A stretch of DNA of 64,000 nt from a virus: positions 64,001 through 128,000 of the IMG/VR virus record IMGVR_UViG_3300024319_000003. One strand, written 5' to 3'. Under the pieces are notes generated by a model. The model saw nothing but the letters and a program-made list of their open reading frames with translations, made no database searches and was not told the DNA's origin. Every line of letters begins with the position of its first letter. The stretch's first letter is position 1. This document shows positions 38,220 to 49,404 of the stretch, piece after piece. The position numbers were made by a program, and so were the translations under genes.

Positions 38220-41200
38220 ATGCCAAACTGGAAAAAACTCATAGTTAGCGGGTCTGATGCTAACTTAAATTCGATTGTAGTCAACTCAACTGGTTCCTTT
38301 GGAACTCAAGTTAGGATAGGAACAGACACCTATACAGGAGGATCTTTAATAGCCTCTGAAGGGACAAACTCAAGAGTCGCAAGACTCGGTAATATAGAGG
38401 TTGTTAACAACGCTACCGGTGGAACCTGGACAGGGCAATCAATACACGCTGAAGGTTCAAACAGAACTCTTAGATTCACAGCAGGAGGAGCACTAAATAC
38501 CTCTGATACATCAGCATTTAGACTTAAAGCCTTTTTAAATCAAGCAAGAACTGTAAACTACACTGCATTAAATGTAAATGGAGGTTACAACCAAAATACA
38601 TTAGCTGCTGATTACACCTATATAAAGGTAGACGGAACTGTAAACCAAACAGGGACAAACCAATCAGGATCAATCACAGGTATTGATTATGACCCAGGTC
38701 TTACTAACGCTTTATCCGCAACCCATTATGCTTTTCGTGCTAGATCGGGAAATATTGTATTAGATTCTGGTAAAGTAGGTATAGGAACAACTACACCTAT
38801 AGATAAATTACATGTTGATGGTGGTGATATTAGAATTAGGGGTGCAAACGCAACTTCAGATTTAATTTTAGACCATAATAGCCAATATAGTGGTAGTAGA
38901 ATTAGAGGTATAAGAGATACAGGTCCCGATACTCAAGATTTTGGTAGTAGTGCATTACAATTTTTAACTAATGATAATAGCACTACGTCAGCGGAAGTTC
39001 AAATGACTTTAAGTTCTGAAGGTAAATTACAGATAGGATCTGGTTTTGCCCCAGAAAAACTAACAGTAGCAGGAAATATAAGCGGTAGCGGTAACCTATA
39101 CCTAGGAGGAGATAACTTTTACCTTGGAGGTAGTGAAACAAGAATTAGAACATATTCTAGTTACTTAGGATTTTTTGCATCTGGAGGATCTGCTAAAAAC
39201 ATTAAAGTAGGAGGATTAGGAGTTACCAATGACTTCTCAGATAGCTTCCCTACAAATGGAATATACTCAAAAGGAGATATAGTAACAAGCGGATCAGTTA
39301 CAATACATACAGTAGACAATGCAACATCTGATACAGATAAATTCTTAGTTTCAGATGCAGGTACTGTAAAATATAGATCAGGATCTCAAGTACTAGCTGA
39401 TATAGGAGGGATATCATCTGCTGATATATCTGATATGGTAACCAAAAGTACTAATCAGACAATATCTGGTATAAAAACATTTTCTAATCAAATAACACTA
39501 GACGACGGATCCGGGACAAGCCCAGCAATAAACTTCTTAAACGGTGATGATCATAAATTTACAGTAAGCGCCGGTGATAATAACCGTACACTAAATATAA
39601 CCCACGAAGGTAACGGCGGCAACGATATATCGATAGTTTCTACTCAGAATGATTATAGAGATGCTGTAATAAAGGTAGGAGGAACTTCTACTTACGGTAA
39701 AAATATACAACTATCAGGTTCTTTCACATTCCTACCACAATCCCAAACCGGTAGTATACGAACAACTTCAAACCAGCCATTAGAACTAGTACCTAACGGA
39801 ACAGGAACAGTAAATATAGGGTCTGCTGCTAATGGGACAATTCTATACCATTACTCTCAAGAAGACGATGGAGTACATACATATAGAACTCACGGAGCAC
39901 ATTACTCTTCAACATACACTACTGCTGCATCAGGTTCTAGATTCTTTCAAGACCTTACAAGTAACGGTAATATATATGCTCGTGGCTTTGCTGGAGTAAA
40001 TATAGGACAGGGGAGTAATAGTAATAGGTATGGACTTTGGGGTTACCCACACGGAGCAGGATCAGGTGATGGAAACCTTTACATGGCACCTAGAAATATA
40101 AATTCTTCAAACGGGTCATTTATAAAACTAGGACAAAGAGACTCAGACACAGCAGCAGACAAAGGAACAGTCGTAATAACAGCTGGAGATCCAACCTACC
40201 ATAGTATGACAGGTGATATAGTATTCAACTATAGTTCATCTAGAGTAATGAAATTAGAAGGAGATTCTGGATTCGTTGGTATGGGCGTTCAAGCACCTTT
40301 AGCACCTCTACACATATCAGGTGGTGCAGAATGGAGAACGCTTTACTTAGAAGCTCAAAACCCAGCTGTATACTTCAAAGATCAAGGAAATACAGAAGGG
40401 TACCATATTGGATTAAATAGTGACCATCTATATGTACTTAGAGATAGCGACGGTAACGGAGATTATAATAACATACTAGCCCACTTTAATTCAACTGAAT
40501 TTAAAGTATACGGAAATCAGACAGTAGCAGGAAACTTAACAGTGGATGGCACCGTAACAGCACAGGAATTCCACACTGAATTTGTATCTTCTAGTATAAT
40601 ATACGAATCAGGTTCAACTAAGTTTGGAGATACATCAGATGATAATCACGACTTTACAGGTAGTGTTGGAATTGATGGAGATGTAAGATTAAAAAATAGC
40701 GGTAAGATTTACCTTTGGAAAGATAATAGCAGTAATTATATAAATTATAATAACTGGATATCTTCCACAGGAGCAACACAAACTATTCAAAATACAGGTG
40801 CTGGCGGTATAACATTTAAGACTCTAACAAGTGCTAGAATGTTTATTTCTAGCTCAGGTAACGTCGGGATCGGAACGGATAGTCCTAGTGAAAAACTTCA
40901 TGTAGCTGGAAATATAAGTGCAAGTGGGGATATTAGAGCCGAAGGAGATTTAGAAGTAGGATATAATAACACCAATTACGACCAACGATTGGCACTAAAT
41001 AATGGTGCTAATAAAAATTATATTTACACATCCAATTCAGCATCAATACAAAATGCTCAATTAACAATTAAAGGAGGTAATTATACCCATGTAGTCAATT
41101 TTAAAGACAGTTACAATGGCGTTGGTCAAAACTTTGATGATTTAAACTACGCAACACTGTCAGGTGGGTATACTAATGATTCTAGATTAATACTATTTAA

Positions 41201-44200
41201 CTCTTCTTCCCAATTAACAACAACAATAAGTACAGCAACTTCATCACTTAACCATACAGATGTATATGGGAATATAAGACTTACTGGCACCACTGCTAAT
41301 ACTATAAACTCTATAGTAAATTTAACATTAAATGCAGACAGTGATTCAAACAGTGGAGACGGGTATAGAAATATAATATTTAAAAATAGAGGAACAGAGA
41401 CAGCTAGAATAGATCAAGATGGTCAATTAGGACTAGGAACAGATAGCCCAGAAGCTAAGTTAGAAATTGTAGATACTACACCTACATTAATACTAAGAGA
41501 TAAACGTAACTTAAATGTTGGAGAATGGGACGATGTAACAGTAAGTAGAATACAGTTCAGCACATCAGATACTACATCACCAGGAGCAAGAGCTTTAACA
41601 GAGATTGAAACATACAGTGGGACTGGAGCAGCATCAGGCCCTGAAGGAGAACTGAGATTTAAGACTTCTGAAAATACTGATGCAACTCCTCAAACTAGAA
41701 TGACTATTTCTGCAGAAGGTTATGTAGGTATAGGTACTACTTCCCCTTACACAGGTCTTACAGTAGCCGGAAATATAACTACCTCTGCTAACTCGTACAT
41801 TATATCAACAAGGAAAATATCTGCTAGAGATGGAAACGGACTTGAGGTTGTAAATGATGGAGGAGAGGGTATTAGCGTAAATGATAATAACAGTATAACA
41901 CTTACAGACTACGGATCAGGTACGCACACAGGCACATTAGCAAAATCATTAGGAGTTGATTCTTCAGGTAAGGTTATAGAGGTAGTACCTACTGCTGCCG
42001 GTATAGACGGATCAGGTATATCTCAATCACTAGCAATATGGTCAGATACAGATACTGTAACGGCAACTAGTAACCTTAAGTACTTTAGTAACAAGGTAAG
42101 ACTTAGTAATGCCGGATACGATACATTAGAATTAATAAGCTCGGTAGCAGAACATAGTTCCATGAAATTCCTTTCTGGCTCTGTAGGCTTAGGTAGAATT
42201 GGATGGCACAACTCAGGATACCATTTCCCAGGATCAAATTCACAAGCGTTGATGCTATTGGGTAACAAAGGTATTAACTTCGGTATACCGTCAACAGGGT
42301 CTATTTCAATAATGTCAGGATCAGCTGATGTTATTATGGCATTAAGCTCTAGTGTAGGAATAGGAAAAACACCTAGCCATAAATTAGATGTTAACGGCAT
42401 AATAAGATCAGGAGATACATCTACAACATCAAACTATGTTTTAGTTGAAGGTGCAGCAGATAATGATACATACAAAGTATTTCATGGTAAACGTAAGTAC
42501 CCAAGAATAGATCTTACAGATACTTACAGCGGAGTACATAACACCTTCCAGATTTGGAACCTAGGTAATCAATTAAGGTTCGGACAATCAGCAGGAGGAT
42601 CAAATACTGCCGCTTTCTTTATTAACGGAAGTGGAGCAGCACCCGTTACATTTAATACATCTGTAGGGATAGGTCATCACAGTTTAACTGGCACAAGCTA
42701 CAAACTACACCTATCATCTTCTACTGCTAATCATATAAGATTAGAAAGAGAGAACCACGATTCATATAGAATAGCATTATCTCATAGCGCAGGTTTAGGT
42801 TTCTATAACTTAACTGATAGTAGAGATGAATTAAGATTTAGAGGAAATGGAGATGTACTAATACCTAGTGGAGCATTAGGAATTGGCACTACCACACCAA
42901 CACATAAATTACATATAATAGACGGATCAGACAGCTTTAAATATGGGGCAGATATAGGTAACGGTTTTGACGGAATAAAACTTACCGGAGGAGCTCCAGG
43001 AATAGAGTTTGTAGGAAACGGAGATGATTTTATAATAGGTAAAATAACTGCAGGTCTAGCATTTTTTAATAGCACTGATTCTAACTATAAAATGATTCTT
43101 GATGATGATGGTAATCTTGGTATTGGTACAGGAACATCTGCTATTTCTGAAAAACTAGAAGTTACCGGTAACGTTAAAGCAACTAGGGTAATATCAGATA
43201 CTATAAGAGATACTAATAATAATGGACACCTGGTTACTACTGTTACGAATGCTTCTAACACTACAACAATTGTAGGTAATGTAGCTACAGCAAACACATT
43301 AACTTTAGGTGTAAAAGACTCAGGTATTGTAACTACACAAGGAAGCGTAGGTATTGGAATAAGTACACCAACTTCACCACTACATATATACAAAGAATCA
43401 AACACTTCAACAAGTTCTACCGGTACAACTTTACTAAATTTAGAGAATAATGTAGGATCCGATTTACAGCAACAAAAGAGTTTTATTGACTTTATCTTAA
43501 GAGATGCTAATGACAATGAAACACCACAAGTAAGAATTGGAGCAGAAGTAGGAAGAAACGCCAATGCTGATAGTCAAGAAAAAGAAGGCTCTGGTGCTTT
43601 TGTAGTATATACAAACAACGCCGCCACAGTCAGTGGTTCAACACCTACTACACTTGCTGAAAAATTTAGAGTAGACTACCAAGGTAATGTAGGTATAGGG
43701 ACAACAACTCCAGATAGTTTATTACAGTTGTATAAAGCAACAGGTAATACGACATTAAAAATTACATCAAATACTGATAACGCTTTTCTTTACATTGACT
43801 CTAATCAAGACGGAGCCGGAGGAGAAGAAAGTGGTATAATTCTTGCAGACAATGGTACTGCAAAATGGGAACTATTTAAAACAAGTGGTAACGATTATTC
43901 AATACATGATTATACACGTGGTGCTTCTTCATTTAAGATACAAGATAATGGAAATATGTTCCTTATGGCCAACGGAGGAAATGTTGGTATAGGAACAGAA
44001 ACATTAAGCACTGTTGGAGGTACTGCTAAACTAACTATAAGTGCTGGAAACAGTCCTGTTTCAATAGTTAACGGTACCAATGATGGAATGTACCTTAGAA
44101 GATTTGACGATCAAGATGGGCATTATCAATTACAAACAACCGTAGGTAGTGGTAATTCAGGAACATTATCATTACAGACTTACGGAGGAGATTTAGGAGT

Positions 44201-45005
44201 TGGAACAAGAACACCATCTAGTAAATTTCAAATATCTGGAGGTAATACAAGCACCGCAGCAGATGCATTATTCTCGATTCAAAAGAACGAAGAGGGTTAT
44301 GGTTTATTTGCTGGTATTTTAGGATCCGGAAACTCATGGCTTCAATCTTCTACAAAAACACAATCTGCATACTATGGATTAACATTACAACCTAATGGAG
44401 GAAATGTAGGAGTTGGAACTACTTTAACCCCTCAAAAATTAACAGTTCAAGGAAACATTCAATTAAACCATACATCTGGAAACTCTCAGTCAAGCTACGA
44501 TTTACGATTTAACGCAACTAATTCATCTGGACAGAGTCAAATAAAAGCAGCAATGTATGCTGCACCATATGGTAATAATACTAACGGAGGAAACTTTGTA
44601 CTAAAAACAGCAAATACAGGTAATACGTTAATTGAAAGATTTAGTATCAATGCTCTTGGAGCAGCAAGATTTAACCAGTACGGATCAGGAACACATACAG
44701 GAACAGCTACTAAAACTCTTCAAGTTGATACTAACGGAAATGTAGTAGAAAGTAATATAGTAAAATTTGCACCAAAAGTTGAGTATTCCGCATTAGCTGC
44801 TGATTTAGCAGAAAACGCCGTTGTAACATTACCAAACTCGCTAACATACACAATATCATCAGGAGGATATGAATACCTAGAAATCTTCTTAGATGGAATT
44901 AGACTAAATAGAACAATAGACTTTGAAGAAGTAACAACAACTACTATCAGAGTATTGATGAATATCCCACAAGGATCAGTTTTAACTTATAAATCTTTAT
45001 CATAA
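38220..45005 (+). CDS. Giant tail fibre (2261 aa) built of VGIGT-delimited modules
   Basis: About 15 G-x-[VL]-G-[IVLM]-G-type repeats; G/S/T/N-rich. Confidence 0.8.
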   Translation: MPNWKKLIVSGSDANLNSIVVNSTGSFGTQVRIGTDTYTGGSLIASEGTNSRVARLGNIEVVNNATGGTWTGQSIHAEGSNRTLRFTAGGALNTSDTSAFRLKAFLNQARTVNYTALNVNGGYNQNTLAADYTYIKVDGTVNQTGTNQSGSITGIDYDPGLTNALSATHYAFRARSGNIVLDSGKVGIGTTTPIDKLHVDGGDIRIRGANATSDLILDHNSQYSGSRIRGIRDTGPDTQDFGSSALQFLTNDNSTTSAEVQMTLSSEGKLQIGSGFAPEKLTVAGNISGSGNLYLGGDNFYLGGSETRIRTYSSYLGFFASGGSAKNIKVGGLGVTNDFSDSFPTNGIYSKGDIVTSGSVTIHTVDNATSDTDKFLVSDAGTVKYRSGSQVLADIGGISSADISDMVTKSTNQTISGIKTFSNQITLDDGSGTSPAINFLNGDDHKFTVSAGDNNRTLNITHEGNGGNDISIVSTQNDYRDAVIKVGGTSTYGKNIQLSGSFTFLPQSQTGSIRTTSNQPLELVPNGTGTVNIGSAANGTILYHYSQEDDGVHTYRTHGAHYSSTYTTAASGSRFFQDLTSNGNIYARGFAGVNIGQGSNSNRYGLWGYPHGAGSGDGNLYMAPRNINSSNGSFIKLGQRDSDTAADKGTVVITAGDPTYHSMTGDIVFNYSSSRVMKLEGDSGFVGMGVQAPLAPLHISGGAEWRTLYLEAQNPAVYFKDQGNTEGYHIGLNSDHLYVLRDSDGNGDYNNILAHFNSTEFKVYGNQTVAGNLTVDGTVTAQEFHTEFVSSSIIYESGSTKFGDTSDDNHDFTGSVGIDGDVRLKNSGKIYLWKDNSSNYINYNNWISSTGATQTIQNTGAGGITFKTLTSARMFISSSGNVGIGTDSPSEKLHVAGNISASGDIRAEGDLEVGYNNTNYDQRLALNNGANKNYIYTSNSASIQNAQLTIKGGNYTHVVNFKDSYNGVGQNFDDLNYATLSGGYTNDSRLILFNSSSQLTTTISTATSSLNHTDVYGNIRLTGTTANTINSIVNLTLNADSDSNSGDGYRNIIFKNRGTETARIDQDGQLGLGTDSPEAKLEIVDTTPTLILRDKRNLNVGEWDDVTVSRIQFSTSDTTSPGARALTEIETYSGTGAASGPEGELRFKTSENTDATPQTRMTISAEGYVGIGTTSPYTGLTVAGNITTSANSYIISTRKISARDGNGLEVVNDGGEGISVNDNNSITLTDYGSGTHTGTLAKSLGVDSSGKVIEVVPTAAGIDGSGISQSLAIWSDTDTVTATSNLKYFSNKVRLSNAGYDTLELISSVAEHSSMKFLSGSVGLGRIGWHNSGYHFPGSNSQALMLLGNKGINFGIPSTGSISIMSGSADVIMALSSSVGIGKTPSHKLDVNGIIRSGDTSTTSNYVLVEGAADNDTYKVFHGKRKYPRIDLTDTYSGVHNTFQIWNLGNQLRFGQSAGGSNTAAFFINGSGAAPVTFNTSVGIGHHSLTGTSYKLHLSSSTANHIRLERENHDSYRIALSHSAGLGFYNLTDSRDELRFRGNGDVLIPSGALGIGTTTPTHKLHIIDGSDSFKYGADIGNGFDGIKLTGGAPGIEFVGNGDDFIIGKITAGLAFFNSTDSNYKMILDDDGNLGIGTGTSAISEKLEVTGNVKATRVISDTIRDTNNNGHLVTTVTNASNTTTIVGNVATANTLTLGVKDSGIVTTQGSVGIGISTPTSPLHIYKESNTSTSSTGTTLLNLENNVGSDLQQQKSFIDFILRDANDNETPQVRIGAEVGRNANADSQEKEGSGAFVVYTNNAATVSGSTPTTLAEKFRVDYQGNVGIGTTTPDSLLQLYKATGNTTLKITSNTDNAFLYIDSNQDGAGGEESGIILADNGTAKWELFKTSGNDYSIHDYTRGASSFKIQDNGNMFLMANGGNVGIGTETLSTVGGTAKLTISAGNSPVSIVNGTNDGMYLRRFDDQDGHYQLQTTVGSGNSGTLSLQTYGGDLGVGTRTPSSKFQISGGNTSTAADALFSIQKNEEGYGLFAGILGSGNSWLQSSTKTQSAYYGLTLQPNGGNVGVGTTLTPQKLTVQGNIQLNHTSGNSQSSYDLRFNATNSSGQSQIKAAMYAAPYGNNTNGGNFVLKTANTGNTLIERFSINALGAARFNQYGSGTHTGTATKTLQVDTNGNVVESNIVKFAPKVEYSALAADLAENAVVTLPNSLTYTISSGGYEYLEIFLDGIRLNRTIDFEEVTTTTIRVLMNIPQGSVLTYKSLS

Positions 45006-45283
45006 TGATTAAATATATCTCAGAAAAACAACAAGCACTTCAAATTATAATGGATAACTACAGTAGCTATACCATTGATTCAGTTAATAAGAACGTAACA
45101 CTTAATGTAACAATAGCTTATGATATAGGTGATATAGAAGAAAAAATAACTATGATAGAGACGGAATTAAATATACTAGAAGGTGAAGTCGAAAGGGAAA
45201 ACGAGGAACTAAGTATTAATCAAATCCAAGATTTAAATGACTCTTTAGAGCTTTTAAAAAACCTGTTAATAAAATTAAACTAA
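45005..45283 (+). CDS. Small acidic coiled-coil protein
   Basis: Coupled to the fibre gene by a TAATG overlap. Confidence 0.45.
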   Translation: MIKYISEKQQALQIIMDNYSSYTIDSVNKNVTLNVTIAYDIGDIEEKITMIETELNILEGEVERENEELSINQIQDLNDSLELLKNLLIKLN

Positions 45284-45292
45284 GTAAACTTA

Positions 45293-48200
45293 ATGGCAAC
45301 AATACTTACAGTAAAAAACGCTGGAATAAAACACTGGGATGATCCTACTGCTTGGGTAGGAGGAGTTGTACCCGGCAAAACCGATAGAGCGTATATAGAG
45401 TCCAGTTTTACCCAAATTAATTTTGGAAACGGATATCTCCCATGGGAAGGTACCAAGTCGGAAATAAGAGTAGATACAACCTCAGGATTCCCGGCTACTT
45501 CTGGTTCATTTTATACGTACACTTATTTATCTCAAAACATAATTAAAGTAGATTATGATACAATTAATGGAGATGACTACTTTAACTCATGCTCTATAGA
45601 CCACAGCTTTAGAGAATGGTCTACTTCTGAATCAGGAAGTGTTGACGACGATAAAGCATATGGCTACTTAAAAAATGATGCCCCAGTATTTAGAATGGAC
45701 CATACACATATTTATGTTTCTGGTTCCAGTACCTGGCATGTAGGTAGAGTTTATCTTAGAGACCACGCAAAATTTACCGTAAAAGATACTGCAACTTTAG
45801 CATTAGATTCTGATCCAGAAGATGCTTTTGTAGGAATAGCAGATGCATGTTTTGAAATGTTTGATCAATCAAATGCTATATTAACAGGTTCAACAGAAAG
45901 AAACAGTAGTTTAATACACTTAGAAGACGACGTATACTGCTCAATTAATATATCAGGATCTTCGGACCTTAGAACAAGAACTACAGTTTCTACATCAGTT
46001 AATACAGGAAGCGGAATTATACCAGTAGCAAACGGAAGTAATTTTGAACCAGGAGATTATATATCAATATACGGCAAACATGATGTAGAAGTTCAAGGCA
46101 CACACGGTATTAACACCAACTCAGATTATGAACCATACTACTACACTACAACAGGATCAATTTACCCGTACTTTCATAATAACGTAGTCAAAGATGAAGA
46201 CGAAACTTTTGAAGTTTGTGCAGTAAATGGAAATAATTTAATAGTTAAAAAGAAGTTTACTCCCGTAGGAACTGTAACACATACTCAAGGAGCAATTACA
46301 AGAAGAGTTTATCAAAAAGACCACGGTAGATCAAAAAGTAGATTTACAGGAAATAAAACATCAATAAGTGTAAGATCTGAAAATAACCAATACAAAGCAG
46401 GTGATAGGGTAGCTATTGGCAATAGTGTATACACGGTACTAGAGGTAGCAGATAAATTAATACCATTTAAAACAGTAGACTTTGTAAATGGTGATAATCT
46501 AGACGATTTCTGGGTTGATGAATTTATTGGTTCAGGATCTACTAACGAAATAAAATGCAACTCAGGATTTATAACAGGTTCTACAGGGCTTCAGATGTCT
46601 GGAAGTTTAGTAGGCACAAGTAACTATTATAAATCACTTTTCATGAAAGATATGAAATTGAGAGACTTAAAAGTTACATTAACATGTAGTCAAGTCGACG
46701 ACAGTGGAAATTGGAATGGTGATAGGATGGCAGGAGTAAGTATTTGTGAGGAGCCCTACAATAGGGATAGAGTACTTTCATTCTATAATAGATACACTTA
46801 CGCAAAAGCATCTTATATAGGGATATACTCAGATGATGTTTACTATGGATCTAGAGTAGATCACTGGTCTAGATTAGACGGAGACGATTTAATTAATACC
46901 CCTAATATTAGTAGCGGTATGAGAGAAGGAGAAGTAACTGTAGAGATAAATGCTTTACGTGAGAATGTAGACTTTACATACCAAGGTCAATATTTAAACT
47001 CATCTGTAATTAATAGAAAAGCAGGCTCAGTAGCAATACACCTACGAAGAGAAGGCTCCAGTATAAAAAAACTAATTGTTGAAGAATATGTTCAAGAGCT
47101 GGTATTAGATACAACAGATTCTATAAGTGTAGGCTCTAAAGTACATCTAACAGGAACTGAGGTACTTCACCCAAGTGGGCAAGAAGTAGTAAAAATAGCA
47201 TCAACGATAACAGATATGAGAGGGTATGAAAATATCCCATCTAAATTTGCTAAAGGAAAAGACTTAACAGATTGTGTTGTCCCGGTACTCTGGTCTAATA
47301 ACGGTAACCAAAATAGATATAGAACTAGTAGCACATCTTCGGATAGAGCTAGACTAGACAGTTTATTTTCAGACCTTAACCACTATGATTATTACTTAAG
47401 ACTAGACTCATCAAACCAGTCTTTTATAGATCTGAACCTAGGGAAAGAAGTGGATATAGACGCTGTTGGTTTAGCACATTTCTATAATCTACCAAGTCAC
47501 TATCCTGCTACATATCCCAAAGGTGTTGGAATAGAATACTCAACAGATGGACATACCTGGAGTGTAGCAAGAGCACAGGCAGACGATACAAGATTAAGTA
47601 ACCAAGGAGCAGACTACCGAATATATCAATTTTCAGAAATAACTGCAAGATTTTTAAGAATTAGACTTAATGGAGCAAGTAATACCTCTAATAATAGGAT
47701 TGTTGCTATGGGGTTCTATAAATTTGATGGAAGAGGAAGCAGTATAGAACTAAACAATACATCAGATTTAGCAGTTGGGGATACTATTACATTTATGAAT
47801 CCGCAAGGAATAAGAGCTGGAGGATACATAGCATCACATCATAGAAATAATTACCGATCAGCAGTTCTTGCAGGTACGAAAACCGCAAGTGATTACCCGG
47901 GAGGAATTACATTACACTACACCATCACAGCTAAAACAGGAAATGTTATTACATTAGATAGGCTTATAGAGGGGTATGAAATACATCCTGATACCTTAGT
48001 AGTAAAATTAGATAGAGGGATAACAGTAAAAAGTCAAGCAGGCATAAGCAACTGTATACCTTTTGGAGGATTTTACTCTGATAGTACTAGTAACCCCTGC
48101 TATATTAATATTGAAAATGCTTCATTCTTATCCCTAGGTTCAAATTCTAGAGAGAGAATGTATTTTTACAGACACCCTTACGTAGGTAAGTATAATGTTT

Positions 48201-49402
48201 CTAACAATGCTTTCCACTACATAGAACCAGGCTCACCATACTTCAACAACTCAGGGATGGTTCGTAAAAATAACGCATGGATAAACGCTAGTTCTTTTAG
48301 TAATAGAGGTTCTAGAATGCACAGTGACCATAAAACACATGGTGAAATTTCCACTAGTTATAATTACCAATTTAAAAACGTACACGCAACAAGTGATTAC
48401 TATTCAGGTAATATAATTGATGCAGGAAGGTATATGTACATTAATAGCCACTCAACACCGTATGAAGGAGGTAGCAATAGGTTAACTATAAGAAATAACT
48501 ATTTTACATTTCAAGATTATGTAAATTTCCAATTAGGAGCTGATCACGGTAGAGAAACAGCACCTAAGAATAATACAAATATATACGATAATGTTGAAAG
48601 GCAAGGATCAGGGTATAGAAGAACATACAATGACCACTACGGTGTACATTCTAATCCAAATAATAGAATAGAAAGTACTAAATACTACCCCTTTACTTAC
48701 CCAAATGGATTTAGATGGTATTCAGAAGCAAATATACTGGACTACCAATCTATGGGTACCGATTATCATGAGATGAGCCCAATTATAGGTAAGGATTACG
48801 TTTCTAATAGAAACCTTCTGGTAGACAACGGAAGAAGACTTATTATACAGAATAAAGACAAAAAGAACCAGTATGACATGGTTAACATATCTCTAAACAG
48901 AGCAGCACCAATGATAATGTCAGCTAACTTTTCAGTATATGAGGAACAAGAAATCAGGGTACAGCAAAAAATGACATATAAAACACCATTTGGACAGTAC
49001 TATGATAATTACTTAGGTTCAACAACAAGTACTAATAAAGATATAAAAGGAGTACTGCTGTATCAAGATAGAACAGTAACTATACAAGCAGCCCCGATAT
49101 CATTAACTTTTACTGATTTTACCTTCGATTATTCATTTACAGCCAAACCAGGTAACTATTTATATATGTTATTAAATAGAAATAGAGCATATTGCCAAAC
49201 ACTATTTACTTTCAAAGATATGAGCTTTAACGTAACAGGTACTATACCAAACAAGGTTTTTATATCTCAGAATCTATTTAAAGAACACAAAGTATTGCGT
49301 AGACCAGATAAAATAGCATTAGCAGATTATTCAGGTAAACAGAAAGTACCTAAAAAACTAGGTTCAAGAACAACAGTTAAATTAAGAAAATTTAAGTTTT
49401 AA
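45293..49402 (+). CDS. Large virion protein with discoidin (F5/8 type C)-like domain
   Basis: N-terminal WDDPTAWVGGVVP; FIDLNLGKEVDIDAV...IEYSTDGHTW...TARFLRI discoidin signature. Confidence 0.6.
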   Translation: MATILTVKNAGIKHWDDPTAWVGGVVPGKTDRAYIESSFTQINFGNGYLPWEGTKSEIRVDTTSGFPATSGSFYTYTYLSQNIIKVDYDTINGDDYFNSCSIDHSFREWSTSESGSVDDDKAYGYLKNDAPVFRMDHTHIYVSGSSTWHVGRVYLRDHAKFTVKDTATLALDSDPEDAFVGIADACFEMFDQSNAILTGSTERNSSLIHLEDDVYCSINISGSSDLRTRTTVSTSVNTGSGIIPVANGSNFEPGDYISIYGKHDVEVQGTHGINTNSDYEPYYYTTTGSIYPYFHNNVVKDEDETFEVCAVNGNNLIVKKKFTPVGTVTHTQGAITRRVYQKDHGRSKSRFTGNKTSISVRSENNQYKAGDRVAIGNSVYTVLEVADKLIPFKTVDFVNGDNLDDFWVDEFIGSGSTNEIKCNSGFITGSTGLQMSGSLVGTSNYYKSLFMKDMKLRDLKVTLTCSQVDDSGNWNGDRMAGVSICEEPYNRDRVLSFYNRYTYAKASYIGIYSDDVYYGSRVDHWSRLDGDDLINTPNISSGMREGEVTVEINALRENVDFTYQGQYLNSSVINRKAGSVAIHLRREGSSIKKLIVEEYVQELVLDTTDSISVGSKVHLTGTEVLHPSGQEVVKIASTITDMRGYENIPSKFAKGKDLTDCVVPVLWSNNGNQNRYRTSSTSSDRARLDSLFSDLNHYDYYLRLDSSNQSFIDLNLGKEVDIDAVGLAHFYNLPSHYPATYPKGVGIEYSTDGHTWSVARAQADDTRLSNQGADYRIYQFSEITARFLRIRLNGASNTSNNRIVAMGFYKFDGRGSSIELNNTSDLAVGDTITFMNPQGIRAGGYIASHHRNNYRSAVLAGTKTASDYPGGITLHYTITAKTGNVITLDRLIEGYEIHPDTLVVKLDRGITVKSQAGISNCIPFGGFYSDSTSNPCYINIENASFLSLGSNSRERMYFYRHPYVGKYNVSNNAFHYIEPGSPYFNNSGMVRKNNAWINASSFSNRGSRMHSDHKTHGEISTSYNYQFKNVHATSDYYSGNIIDAGRYMYINSHSTPYEGGSNRLTIRNNYFTFQDYVNFQLGADHGRETAPKNNTNIYDNVERQGSGYRRTYNDHYGVHSNPNNRIESTKYYPFTYPNGFRWYSEANILDYQSMGTDYHEMSPIIGKDYVSNRNLLVDNGRRLIIQNKDKKNQYDMVNISLNRAAPMIMSANFSVYEEQEIRVQQKMTYKTPFGQYYDNYLGSTTSTNKDIKGVLLYQDRTVTIQAAPISLTFTDFTFDYSFTAKPGNYLYMLLNRNRAYCQTLFTFKDMSFNVTGTIPNKVFISQNLFKEHKVLRRPDKIALADYSGKQKVPKKLGSRTTVKLRKFKF

Positions 49403-49404
49403 AT

